From Eledone cirrhosa (lineage: Eukaryota), in assembly GCA_964016885.1 (NCBI GenBank), contig OZ024741.1, positions 124,992,001-125,056,000 on the forward strand: 64,000 bases of DNA, given 5' to 3'. Both the position numbers and the translations under genes were made by a program. The notes beneath the pieces are model-generated. The model was not told where the DNA came from and made no database searches. It saw only the letters and a list, made by a program, of their open reading frames with translations. The first letter of the stretch is position 1. The number at the start of each line of letters is the position of its first letter. Below, one piece after another: positions 36,101 through 49,385 of the stretch.

Positions 36101-36770
36101 CCTGTTCCAGGTATTATTTATCTCAGTATTCAGATCATTGTCTGCTTCGGGTGGTTCCTCCGTTCTCTCGACCTCTTCACCTTCATTTCCCACTGGCTCG
36201 TTTGCCTGGCATACTCCACCCTCCATCTCCAAGCTAATCTCTCTGCTCAGTTCCTTCAGTTCCAGCTCGCTTATCCACCCATTAGTTCTTATTACCCGAG
36301 CCTGCCCGGCCAATGTTTGTTCATCTAATTTAAATAGACCAATCTCGTTCCAGATGTTATGCATCCGTCTCCTATAGCCCCTCTCCTTGGGGTTACTTTT
36401 CAGGTAACATTGCATAACAGTTCTATTCAATTCTTTCGTCCAGTTGGTTCTGGTCCCTTTCCTTCTTCCTCCGACACCAGCAGTATTTGGTTGACAGCCA
36501 GGTCCCTGCTGCTGAGCCAGGGAGCACCTGTTGGGTGAGAGTCTGTCACATGATTTTCTAGTCTCCATTTCACCGTTATTCGAACTGTTTAATTTCGACA
36601 TTTAAACACTCTTATCGAGGATTGGCGAATGTATGGTTACATAACCATCTGTGGATTCACCGTCTCCGGTGGTTGCCTCCCTCCACTTGGCTCTTGTGTG
36701 GCATTATCACCACGCTGTAGACGAACACAAATAAACAAACAAACAAACAGGCAGAAACCCCCCCCAAAAT
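33110..36770 (-). mobile_element. Near-full-length R4/Dong-like retrotransposon, copy 3
   Basis: ORF fragments 34925-36601, 33830-34900, 33378-33836 and 33184-33462. Motifs: [54 protein letters not shown]. Tail-to-tail with Tx1 copy 2 across (ATT)n. Confidence 0.93.
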
Positions 36771-37029
36771 GAATAAGCATAAGCTTCATTGTAATGTAGT
36801 GTTCAAATGTCTGACTTAGTTTTTCCCTTCTCTTCTCTGTCCGTCCGCTTGTTTCTCTCTTCATTCTTATTTTCTTTACGTTTTTTTTTGTTTTTATTTT
36901 TCTCTGTTTGTTTTTCTTTCTTTTTTTGTTGTTGTTGCTGTGCTGCTTTGGTTTTGATTTTTCTTTTTTCTTTTGAGTCTATCTATATATTTTGATGCCT
37001 TCCTCTTTTTTCGTAGGAATTCTATAATG

Positions 37030-37741
37030 TGGTGGCAGTGCTGTGCTTGCAGCAACTAGCAGGAAACAATGGGAGAGAATAGCGGCGGTAGCGATACTGA
37101 GACAGTGGTGGTGGTGATGTGATCGTATTACTGTAGTGATGGTGTTGTAGCGGTGGTAGCAATGAAGGGGTGGTGGCGGCGGTGATGGGATAGTGGTAGT
37201 AATGATGGATGGGCGGCGTTGTCGTTACTTATGTCCGTTCGGTAAATCTATGGGGTTAGTCGCGTACATGTGTTGACATAAATTCCCTTAATGTTGGAAT
37301 TAAATATTTTGTTAAAACTTGGGACAATAATAATAGTATTTATTATTATCATTATTATGTTGAGATTGGTTGTGGTGGTGGTGAAGTTGCCGTTATCTGG
37401 CTGTTGTGTTTAGTGTACACAGAGAGGTGATGGGGTAGGTGGTGTATCTAGTTTCTGGTGTTGGTGAGATTGGTGTTGTTTGGCTGTTCTATATAGTGTA
37501 GACAGAGGTGGGGGAGTTCTTCTTCTTCCATTTATAGCCATTTTCTTTTTTGAATATACAATGTACAATACAAAGTTGAATATTTGAATATTTGAGCCTT
37601 ATAACAATATATCGTGGGTCCGAATTTTTTTGGGGCTCAAGCCGGATGCTTTACGTAACATTTGTACTAAGAGTTGTTATTTCACAAATGATTTAAATAT
37701 GTTAAAAATTCAAAACTTACGGGAGCGATTTCATGACCTTC

Positions 37742-37742
<1 letters not shown>
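37030..37742 (-). repeat. Leader-like repeat, copy 2
   Basis: Homologous to ~26450-27050. Starts at (ATT)n 37742-37787. Confidence 0.8.
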
Positions 37743-37782
<40 letters not shown>

Positions 37783-37787
37783 TTATT

Positions 37788-38321
37788 GGAGTCTAGTCAT
37801 TGAGGTTATTTAATTGGAAAGTTAATTTAAATTAACATCAAGCCGCTACCTTCAGCCTCAGATATTCAGGACGTACCAGACGGTTCTTGCTGTTTCGACA
37901 AGCATGCCTTTTGAAGTGTTCCAAACAAGGGAGCTTGACAGTGACTGTGCAGCCTGGACTAATGTTCTTTAACCATCCTTGAAAACCCTTTGAGATAGTA
38001 CCTAGTGCTCCTATGACAATCGGGACGACAGTCCCAAATCCTTTTTAATTCCTACTTTAAATCTTGGTATCGGTTGATTTTCACCTTCTCCCTTTTTCGG
38101 ACCCTTGTGTTAAAGGGGCAGGCTCCATCTACAAACAGGCACGATCTTTTTTCTTGTAAAAAACCACCAGGTTAAGCCTATTGTGTTCTAATTTCTTGTC
38201 TGTCTGTCTGTATCCTAAAATCCCATAGCACCTTCACTTAATCGTTTTCTATCACCAACTCTGGCTTATGCTCATACCACTTCTCAGAATGCGGTAAATT
38301 ATTTAGCTTGCATAAATGCCA
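37788..38321 (-). mobile_element. 3' fragment of an R4/Dong-like element of the same subfamily as copy 3
   Basis: Matches 33110-33640 (GCCTCAGATATTCAGGACGTA, CTGGCTTATGCTCATACCA). Abuts (ATT)n. Confidence 0.88.
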
Positions 38322-38890
38322 TTACCATGCTTTGACGCATAGAGTTACGGCCCTTGCCATTCTGAGTTCAAATCCCGCCGAGTTAACTTTGCCTTTCATC
38401 CTTACAGGGTTGATAAAATAAAGTACCAGTAATGCTCTGTGTAATTGCTGGATTTGTGCCAAAAGTAGAAACAATTATAATTATTATTGATGGGGTATAA
38501 AACAAGGTAGCGTCGTAAATTAAACTACAAAATGTAGTTAATTACCTTTACATTCCAAGTTTAATTCATACAAGTATCCACACTGCCTTTCATAAAGTAC
38601 CAGTAATGTACTGGGTAATTGCTGGCCTTGTGCCTAAAGTAGAAACAATTATCATTGGCTGGTCTAAGAGGCCGTGAATTGGCAGTATCGGTAGAGCGTC
38701 GGGCAACATGCTTTGTGACATATAATTACGTTCCTTTATGTTGGGAGTTCAAATGCCGCCGAGGTTAGCTCTGCTTTTTATTCTTACCGAGTCGATATAA
38801 TAAAGTACCAGTAATGTAATGAGGTAGATTTAATCGATTTCCCTTCCCCCAAAATATTGTTGGCGTTGTGCCTAAATAAGAAACAATTGT
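38322..38890 (+). mobile_element. Cluster of partial SINE copies (16919 family)
   Basis: Repeated GAGTTCAAAT..CGCCGAG and AAAGTACCAGTAATG..TGTGCC..AGAAACAATT blocks. Confidence 0.8.
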
Positions 38891-39036
38891 CATTGACAGT
38901 TCTCATTGTCGACAGTGCCTTTCTTTGCCTTCGTTTATTCCATCATATCCACTCCACTGTTTTATCGATATGTTTTTATCAAAACGCAAAGTTACAAGAC
39001 ACTCACTCACGAGCGCGCGCACACACACACACACAT

Positions 39037-39290
<254 letters not shown>

Positions 39291-39389
39291 CTTCTACCTG
39301 GATTTGCGACCGATAGAGAGTATTAGCAATTTGAAAGACCAATGGAAGCAATGTTTCCTCAGTCCGATTTGACGAAAGTCGATCGACTT

Positions 39390-39478
<89 letters not shown>

Positions 39479-39688
39479 GGGGGGTAGAGAAAGATAGAGA
39501 GATATAGCTTCTACTGGACTAGAACTGTTTCATTCGGAGGAAATCATCAGGAAAGCCCTGATAATTTCCTTCGACTGAAACAGTTCTAGTCCTACATGAA
39601 AGATTTATACTCTGCTATGTATTGAGTACCTTACTGTCGTTACCCCCGGTTGAACCCGGGATAAATACACACAAACACAGACACACAC

Positions 39689-39750
<62 letters not shown>

Positions 39751-39754
<4 letters not shown>

Positions 39755-40513
39755 TTTCTGAATTTGTTTAGCAAGATTCTTTATCTGAAAACGTGTGTTG
39801 AAACCGATATTGTTATGCTTTGGGAGGGTCATGTTGCCAATAAGAAACACACGCACCAATTGCTTTCACTCCAATTTATTATAAATTAAATTTATAAATT
39901 TCCGGTTGGTTGGTTTGTTCCATAACCGGACGGTTGTTCATATATTGTCAAAGTTCTTTCGTCACACATTCTGTGACCTCTTCAGTGACTGGGGATTATT
40001 TCCTTTGTTTTGTGCCTCTCCTTTGTTCTGTCCTACACCATCTTGTTTTTGTGTGTTGTGTGCTTAGTTTGCGCATGTTTTACATCCGGGTGTCTGTGCG
40101 TGTTTTTTATTTGTTTATTTACCTGTTTATTTACATGTTACTGGCTGGTTGTTTGTTCTATGTGTGTGTGTGTTTTCATTTTGTCCTTAATTGTAAGTTG
40201 TGATGTTCCTATTCCATTCATGTTTTCTATTTAATTTTGGTTGGAGTCCATTTATGTTTATTGCCTCTGTGATTTGTCTAAACATTGCGTCTTTTCTGTG
40301 TGTAGATTCTATTTTTATTTCTATGTTCTCTAATTGGCCCTTATGTTCTATTTTAGCATGTTGGTGGAGTATTGATGATTCTTTTTTATCTTGAAGTTCT
40401 CGCCAGTGTTCATTTAACCGTTCTCCGAGCTGTCTGACCTATGTACACTATATTCTTATCTTTACATTGTCCTTCAGTACATCTTATGCTATATACTACA
40501 TTTCTAGTTTTAC
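39751..40513 (-). mobile_element. Penelope-like element 3' fragment (frameshifted GIY-YIG + 3' region)
   Basis: Manual minus-strand translation of ~40200-40510 gives TRNVVYSIRC..C..IVYIGQT / LGERLNEH..SILHQH..RQITEAINI..PKLNRKHE. Ends in (TA)n. Confidence 0.8.
39947..39989 (-). ncRNA. Minimal type I hammerhead ribozyme
   Basis: Minus strand reads GTCA-CTGAAGA-G-GTCAC agaatgt GTGAC-GAAA-GAAC-TT-TGAC. Shares CTGAAGAGGTCACAG with the motif at 410. Confidence 0.8.
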
Positions 40514-40571
40514 AGTTAATATGGGGGCTTAGTTTACAGATTATGCATTTCTTATCTTACGTAAGAGGAAA

Positions 40572-43500
40572 TTACGTAAGAGCTTCTGGGTGAACAAGAT
40601 TCTTTGTTTTCTGGTTTGGAGCATAGACAAATATGTCTTGTAAACCTGGAGCAACCAACATAAGGTTCACCATGAGAAAGTCAAGGCTCAATTAAGTGCA
40701 AGCCAGTAGATTTCAAATCTGACCTTGAGCTTTATTAATTGATATTGCGAAGCAAAGTCGCACTGGGAATTGTGTTCATTTGAACTCAAATGGTGTCTGT
40801 TGGTTTGATTGGAATTCTTGGAAAGAAAATCTCTTCCCCAGAAGCACATCCAGTAATGATGGTAGCTTCTATCACATTAGGTGATAATGTCTTCACAATA
40901 AACCTTGTCACATGGCATAATTTAGGAGTATCTAAATTTCTTAGAAGCATTATTGGGACTCCTACCTTCAGAAAAAAATTATGTGGAGGAGTTCCAAGTG
41001 GCTCAAGAGAATTAAGGAACTCTGACAGCTTGATTTTCATCAAGGACTGAATCAACTGATTTGTACTCCTTAATGACAGTTGGAATCTTATTCATTCATT
41101 CATGGTTATTCCTTGCTACTATCTCATTTTGGGGAACAAGAATTATCCTTTCACACCCATTTATGTCAATTATAATTATTACGTAAGTCCGGAAATACCC
41201 TGTTCTTCAATGCAGCTGGGGAATTCACCATGATAGCAATATGAGCTAAATTGATATCACCATTCCCATCAATTGGTACTTTCCCATTTCCTAATTGAAG
41301 GAGCCGGGTTGAAAACTGTTCCCATGTAATAAAGCTCGTATGTGAGTATTGAATGAGTATTTCTGTACTTGATTCAATAGGTGCGAAGACTTAATGCATG
41401 CTTTTATTTCATCAGCGCTTGTTCCTCTCGGTATGACTGGTAATGACTGTCTGAAGTCTCCTGATAAAACTAATGTAACTCCACCAATAGATCAATTGTT
41501 GTCTCTTATGTCCTGTAAGGTCTTATCAAGAGTTTCAATTGCACCTCTATGTGTCATGGTGCATTCATCTCAAATGATCAGGTGGCATTGGCGCAACACT
41601 TCTGCTGAACCTGAACCTTTGCTCATGTTACAAATTGGACTGTTATTTGTGACCAGGTTTAGCGGTAATTTAACAGCAGAATGAGCTGTTCGTCCTCCCG
41701 GGGGAAGGGTGGCAGCAATAACAGACGATGCTACAGCAACTGCAATTCTTTTTTGTTGCCTTACCTTGGAGAGAAGCAATGCTGTTACAAATGTTTTACC
41801 TGTGCCACGAGGTCCATCAAGAAAGAGAATTCCTCCACCTTTTTCTCTGACTGACGAAATAATTTTATCATATGCACAGCATTGTTTTGGAAGAAGTTTA
41901 GGTTCAAGTTCATTCATATGTGCAGCCAAAAATGTGATGTCATAATGTGTCTCTCTTGCTATGTCTCTTGAAGTTCTGGAGTCGTTTAAAGTTTAGAAAG
42001 TGAAAAGTGATTTACAAAAAGCAAGACAGAATTATTGGAAGTCTATCAAACTTTCCAGTTGTTGTCTTCCTGTTTCTTTTACAACAACTACAACAGTACG
42101 CGATGGATCCCACCCACAGCCCCGGCGGACAGAATGGAGAAGGCGTTTCCCCGGAAGACGGCGAGGGAGACGCGCTGGAAGAGCCACACCAACTCGCGAG
42201 GCTCACACCTGCGGCTGGCCATCTCAGCGCCTATGGTGGTGAGTAAGGAGGTAGCCCTGGGGCCGAGGACACCAGAAGTCTCCATTGCCAGGGGTACAAC
42301 CGCAAACCTGTCGGAGAGCGACCGGTATTTGAGGAGTTTGGTCCCCTCAGCCCGACGTGCAGCAGAACCTGGGTCAGTCGCAGACTGCACCAGGTTGCGG
42401 CTGCAGAAAGTGTCGGTGCAAGTGGCATCCCAGACGAGGGGTTTGCCACTGCGGAACGGGAAGATAGTCATGCCATCTGGCCTTTTGTCGTCCCCTCGAT
42501 CCAGCCCGACCGGCTCGAGCTGGGAAGGGAAGCCTGTAGCGTCCAAGCCATGCTTAATGACCTCGTTGAGGGCACCATGGCGTGGAATGCGGCCGGCACT
42601 GTGGCGACAGGAAAGCGGGTGGAGGCCGAAAGAGTCCACTGTGGAACCGCAGCGTCATTGGTGTGGCTGGCAGATACAGAGGCCGAGCCTCAGGGAAATT
42701 CCGATGCGCAGGCTATGGTTGTCTAGCTGCGTGCCAGTGGAGAAGGAAATTGACAATTTGTTTTTGGCAGTCCAGATCCAAACTCTTGCAAATGTTTGCC
42801 TCCCATGGCCAAACCTTTATCCTCAATTTCAATCAGTGCTTGGTTAAAATTATTTTCAGAGAACTGAATATTGTCTGAACACCAAGCTATAATATCATGG
42901 CGATCCTTGGGTTCTTGATGATGATAAAGCTCATTCTTTATTTCATGTCATGTTGGAATACATGTGAATCTAATGAAGAAGTCTAGACGACCATAGTGTC
43001 TGACATATGTAAGTGCATCTTGGGTACAATCATGCATATACCGTGGATTTCCTGTAAAGCTTGATGGAAGAATGCCACAAAGCTGTTCAATGTTACAGCA
43101 GCCAATGCTGCTTCATTACTGATTGCATCTCTCAGGTGAATAAAATCTGATGCACGGAGATCTTTCTGATGTTTTCTAATGTAAAGAAACGTTTCTCCTT
43201 CAAATTTTGCATACATATCAACTGCAAATTGTTGGAAGAGCTCACGTGAACGATTAAGAATATTGAAGTCTTGCTTTATTAATGCGGTAAGCATAGAATT
43301 CCATGCAGCTTACTGTTTTTGTCAGTCCAGGAGCTCTTGTTTTAAGATCAGTTTTTTTTATACCAAATTGATATTCATCTTGGCCAAATACACAGATTAA
43401 ATGGATACTGGAGTGCATCATATTTCCTCTTCCTTGAATAATAATATCTCTCTTCCCATACTCATCGCCTATAATAATTGCCTCTGTGTTCAGCAACAGG

Positions 43501-44480
43501 CTTTATGTCTGCATCAATAACTATCTTGTATTCAGTGGGTGGTGCAAATTATAATGCATACTTGAAACTTCTGATGTAGCTATTGTTTGCATGCAACATA
43601 TCTTGCAGATCAAAGATTAACTCTTCTTTCAAAGTTGGAAAGCTAGATGACCGTTGCAAAGCCTGCTCCTTGTAATTTGCCACAAAATATAGCTGTAAAA
43701 ATTGAGTATTTTTGCCTTCAGTTGGCAATAAAGATCCAATGCGATGGTATACTTGACCTTGAACTTAAAAAGTTGGCTTGATGTTCCCAAAGGAGGTCAT
43801 TTGGAAAGCAGAATTATAATTACTAATGTTTTTCCTTGGTGTGTTTCCCAAAATCAATGCCTTCAAAGTATTTGGGGGTATACCAAACGTCGATAAATCA
43901 AGTGTTCCTCCACCACAACACATAGTTGTGGTTCTCTTTCCCATTTCTTTCCTTTGCAAAAATTGCACTCTTTTGACATTGCTCCAATATCAATCAATTT
44001 GTCTGTAGTTTAATCATGTTTTGGATCATAGTTGAAAGCTGATCTTTTCCATGTCCCCTTGAAAGTTGCAACACTTTTGTTAAACGTATTCAGCCTCTCG
44101 TGATCAAGACGCTTACGTCTTTCGTCTTTCCTTTAGGGATTGGCGAAATCTTGCAGCAACTGTTTGGTCCTGTTTTTTTTTCTTTGACTAATCTCTCGCT
44201 GACCTATTGTCTCATTGGTAACTCTGGCAGCTTATCTTTGACTTGCATCCTTTAAATGTTTTTCTTTTTCCTTTTTTTTACTCTTAGCTCCTGCGGACTG
44301 CATTTTGTTGACGTAATTGTTCTAACCGTTTTTCCCTTTGCCTCTTGTGACTCATTTTCCCTGCGTGCAGCAGCTCTCTTCCGGTCGGTTTCATGTCTTT
44401 GCTGTCGTTGTGCTGGGGTCTCTAGCGACATTGCTCTGGTTACCTGTAGCCGTCGTGCTTCATTGTAGAATACTGATCAT
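40572..44480 (-). mobile_element. Degraded, internally deleted Helitron (RepHel remnant)
   Basis: Charged N-terminal repeats, MCCGGG zinc-finger end, YNSAFQMTSFG, LFQQFAVDMY and YGRLDFFIRFTC. PIF1 helicase motifs LDGPRGTGKTF, GGRTAHS, LKVGVPIMLLRNLD and the terminal KTKNLVHPEALT*. Confidence 0.92.
41982..42737 (-). mobile_element. 5'-truncated CRE-like RLE non-LTR retrotransposon inserted in the Helitron
   Basis: GC-rich island. ISLRLGL-C..H..C..HPLSC, RH..LN, RPDG, LVWDATC, AE..K..KY, PLAMETSG and QRVSLAVFRGNA (ORF 42088-42639). TGGAG occurs at both junctions. Confidence 0.85.
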
Positions 44481-44639
44481 CTACATCTACCCCGTCTTCT
44501 CTTGTAGAGAGTGAGAACATTTTTCTCGGAAACTTTTTAAGAATCAAATTGGAGATTAAATGAAAAAAATGAGTTTGTTATGTGAATATATCACAAGAGT
44601 GATTGAGATAAATGGCGATTGTGCAACGCCGCACGCACG

Positions 44640-44715
<76 letters not shown>

Positions 44716-45149
44716 TGCACGTACACACTCGCACATACTCACATATGTTGATAGTTTTTACGTACACACAAACGCACACATATAAATAGTTATTGCTTTC
44801 CTTCCCCTCTTATTTCCACACACATCATACACACATGTATCTACCTCTTTAGATGTGTGTATGTATATGTGTGTGTCTGTGTGTGTGTAATTTTCGTGTG
44901 ATTAAACCAACCAACCAACCAAAAGACATCTCTTTTTTATATTATATATATATATATATATATATAGGATGGAATTATTTAAGTTTCCTTTACCAAATTT
45001 CCTTCACAATGTATTTCGTTAAACCTAGGCTATAGGAGAAATCGTAGAAGTCACTTTGCCAAGGTAAAGTGCAGAGCGAGAACAACGTGGTGGTGAAATG
45101 AAATCCATAACCAAACAGCCATACCTGCTCCTAGAAGTTTATCTAAAAG

Positions 45150-45415
45150 TCGAAAAACTGTCTCGAGCACGACAACTCATCAAATTTTAATCCCTTTTCC
45201 GTGACGTTAAGCGACTGAGAGTACAAGACTCCTCCTTCGACAGGGCACCAGTCCAATGCAGGGTAAAATCCACATCTATTGTTGGTACTCATTTTCACCT
45301 GATTATTCTGGAGCAACGTGAAATGCGTGAATGCAAGAACACAACTCAGTCCAAGAATCGAACCCACGACATTATGATCGTAAGTCCAACACTCTTATCA
45401 CTAGGCCACGCACTT
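45150..45415 (-). mobile_element. Diverged tRNA-derived SINE
   Basis: Minus strand GCGTGGCCTAGTGATAAG..GGGTTCGATTC gives A and B boxes. Confidence 0.6.
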
Positions 45416-45671
45416 CCATCTGAATAAATGCTGACAATTTTATTTCTCTTGCTGCAGACGTGGTACGCATTAAAATCCTCAGTTTATGTATGTAGTTGTT
45501 CCTACATATTCTCTCGATATCTGAATGTCAATCTTGGCTTGGAAGAACATGTAAGCTTGTGATAATGTAATTATACCTGAAGTGTATAAAGTTGTGTATT
45601 TACTGACAGAAGAGAATGTTATTTGATATTATGTAATTTAACTGAAGATCTACAGCTGATATTGTCATCGA

Positions 45672-45740
<69 letters not shown>

Positions 45741-46034
45741 CTATCGCTCTCTCTCTCTTTTGCTCTCTCTTTCCATCATTATCTAAATCTTGCATTTACT
45801 TTGCGTTCTAATCATGACTATGGATTCTACGTCAGTTTCGACGATGAACATTCAGTTATTCGATGAACTGTATGTTCGACTTGTGAATTAACGTGTAGAT
45901 TGTTGGGTATTCCGCAGCAGGCACGTGGAACATTAACCCCTTCATTGACATATTTATAAGAAAATACACTATCTGTTTTCAAGTAATTTTGAAATAGAGA
46001 AATTTAGTACAATAACTAATCTTTCATTATGAAA

Positions 46035-46405
46035 GGACGGTGAATTGACAGCATAGAATTACGGCCCTTTATGATCTGAGTTCTAATCCCGCCGAGGTTT
46101 ACTTTGCCTTTCATCCTTACGGGTCGATAAAATAAAATACCAGTTACGCACTGGGGTCGATTTAAACGACTTTCCCCTCCCCAAAATTGCTGGCCTTGTG
46201 CCTATATAAGAAACCATTAGTAAAGGGCGGTGGATTGGCACGAACGGTAGGACGTCAGACAATATGTTTTGCGGTATATAGTTACGTTCTGAGTTCAAAT
46301 CCATACGGGTCTATAAATTAAAATACCAATAACGCACTGGTGTCGATTTAATTGACATCCCCCTCCCCAAATTGTTAGCTTTGTGCCTAAATCAGAAACC
46401 ATTAT
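46035..46405 (+). mobile_element. Two tandem SINE copies (16919 family)
   Basis: GCCTTTCATCCTTACGGGTCGATAAAATAAAATACCAG and TTGTGCCTA..AGAAACCATTA occur twice or in part. Confidence 0.75.
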
Positions 46406-48307
46406 GAAACTAGTGTTTAGAGTAGTATCCGCAATAGAAAGACCAATGGGAACATTGTTTTAGTATTCCAGTCTAATGACCGGCTGCTTTTCTTTGTCCT
46501 TCAGCTTAACCTCACTTGAACGTCAATTTCACTAGCAGGCTTTTTTACTGTTAGGGAAACTATTGGTCCTCTCGTCATGAGTACCAACGGATATTCAACA
46601 ACAATATATTTGTATATCCATTTCCTTAAACCGTCACTCGCAATCGAGTTTGATTTGGTAGTATGTACCACACTTTTGTCAGGAGTTGTTTAGCTCTATG
46701 GTACAATGTGATCAGTCGAAATTTGAAAGGTGCAGAGTTCGATTCTCTGTAGCGGCTGCTGATCGATGTTTTAAGAAGGAGGTGAATTGGCAGACTTGTT
46801 AGAACATCAAATAGAATGCTTCGCCTTTCGTCTGTATTCAGACCTGGAGAGGAGATGGTCTCTGCCAGGTTTTAAAATGTCATAGAAACACTGTATGCTA
46901 ATACGGCACCCCTACGACTCCCTTGGAAGTTACGAGACCATGCTATGTATGCATTCTATGTTTTTGCTGACAAGTTTAGAAGTTTAGGCATTCACAGAGA
47001 TCTCTCAGAACATCCAGTATGTGGCAACTGGAAGGTGCCAAAAGCCATTTTATATTTATTGAAAGGTTGAAGATAAAGTGGACATCGACGGGGTTTGAAC
47101 CTAGAGAGCAGAGAGCCAGAACATTTATCCTGAGGTTTAACGACTCTGCAAGATGGGCCGCCTATATATATGCATATATTCTGCCGATATTTATGTTACT
47201 TTTAAAGTTCTAAATGTTAAACATTCTATTTTAGAGTGTCATAATCCTGTTTACAAAACGTCATCCTGAGGTGATGTGAGTTTCTGTAGTATGGTCTAAG
47301 AGTTGGTCAGAGGTTAATCAATTATTCCAGCTGAGGTTTGTGTGTATTCATGCAGTCTTGAAAGCCGGAAAGCCAGATTCAATTGTAGTGTGACAAATGC
47401 GATTGTATTGCACATGTCATGCCAACTGAATATTATTGAGAAAAAAATTAATAAAATTTAACAGAAAATATATACCTCCGCCAAAAATACATTTTAAATA
47501 TCTGAAGTTAAAATCATTACTGATGAAATAATTATTTCTTAAACTTTTTTAAGAAAAATACAAGGATTTTGTATTAATGACGCATGAAGGTGAATAGTTA
47601 ACGGAAGGAGAAACATTTCATGTATTGTGTGACAGTCGTGGGTATCGAAATTATTTTAGAGTTGTTATTGGAAGATGCATGTCCGACAAATTAAGAAATT
47701 CACTTCGCAATCATAAGCTGCTGAGTTTGATCCCGCTGCAAAGCATCTGAGGAAAGTATCATTTATCATACCCTCTGTTTGACCCAAGCATTTGTGAATA
47801 AAAATTTAGGTAGATAGAAGATGTTAGGAAGCTTGACTCATGCTTATTTTATCGATCCATTTTTTGATAACCCGGTAAGTTATGTGACATATGCACACAC
47901 ATACACGCGCGCGAATATACACACGCACGCGCGTGCATATACACACACAAGCATCCCCCTATATATGTATATATATATATATATATAGAACCATTTTGCA
48001 TGTTATATATTTTGTATATAGACGAACGTAAAGTTAGCAGCTCCAAACGTACGCTTTCGACTATGAAAAATAATCTGACCAATTGGGCATATAAGCCCCT
48101 AGAGACGGAAGAGAAGTTAAATAGCCCCGCCAATGGTACTCGAAATTACACCTGCCGTATACAGGACAGATGCGCTTCCATTTCACCAAAGCGGGCTAAC
48201 AAATTTTCCCGTCCTTTTAAGCTTTATTTATCAGTCAGTCGACAGAAACAATCGTATTATTAAGAAACGTTGAGAAAATTATGAATTTTGAATGTATGTT
48301 AGCTTAA

Positions 48308-49385
48308 AGTTTAAATAGCTTGACAAAAATCTAACATTGTGGTAGGCAAAATCTAACCCACAATAACATACCAAAGTAACGATAGAACTAACACGTTGAG
48401 AAAAATACACCTGGACAAATCAAACGATTATACGCTTAAAGTGCTTCTATGAATCCGAAATCAAATATCAGACTTACGTGACTGGCAAGCTCCAGGTATT
48501 TTTGATCGAACAGAGGATTCATTTTATCAACAGGTTTTCGTTCTACCAAGGACGGGGTGATAGGCTAAATGTTGCTGCTGTATCGCGGCGTATTGTATCT
48601 ATAGCTGTCACCTGTTAATTCCAGCAAGGGAAATAAACCCAGGTTTTTGGCGAGTCATTCAAAATGAAATGGTAGACAAAGGAAATATTTTAATTCCCGC
48701 TAATCATCAGAATAAGCTCTCGACCAGATGTTATAAAACAAACATAAATAATTAACCAAACAGAATTGTCTAATTAAATTAATTAGTTAATTATTGAATC
48801 TAGGAGAATAATATAATTGGATATTTAGTAAAATCGAATCTCTGGCGGTTTGCAAGCAAATTCGGCCTACTTATGAGGTGATGAGTTAGCAAAGCACTCG
48901 ATAAGTTAGGTCCTTAGAGTAATAACATACGTTTAAATAGCTTGACAAATCTAACATTGTGGTAGGCAAAATCTAACCCACAATAACATACCAAAGTAAC
49001 GATAGAACTCAGAGGTTGAGAAAAATAGACAAAGGAAATATTGTAATAAAAACTTGTTGATAAAATGAGTCCTCTGTTCGATCAAAAATACCTGGAGCTT
49101 GCCAGTCACGTAAGTCTGATATTTGATTTCGGATTCATAGAAATACTTTAAGCGTATAATCGTTTGATTTGTCCAGGTGTACTTTTCTCAACCTGTTAGT
49201 TCTATCGTTACTTTGGTATGTTATTGTGGGTTAGATTTGGCCTACCACAATGTTAGATTTGTCAAGCTATTTACTCTAAGTTATTACTCTAAGGACCTAA
49301 CTTATCGAGTGCTTTGCTAACTCATCACCTCATAAGTAGGCCGAATTTGCTTGCAAACGGCCAGAGATTCGATATCCAATTATAT
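48308..49385. repeat. Nested direct and inverted duplications
   Basis: 48308-48538 is inverted at ~49048-49272. 48811-49026 is inverted at ~49175-49385. 48308-48405 is directly repeated at ~48930-49026. Confidence 0.88.

Noticed and set aside
42035-42847. 270-aa plus-strand ORF
   Set aside because: It is the antisense shadow of the GC-rich CRE-like RLE domain.
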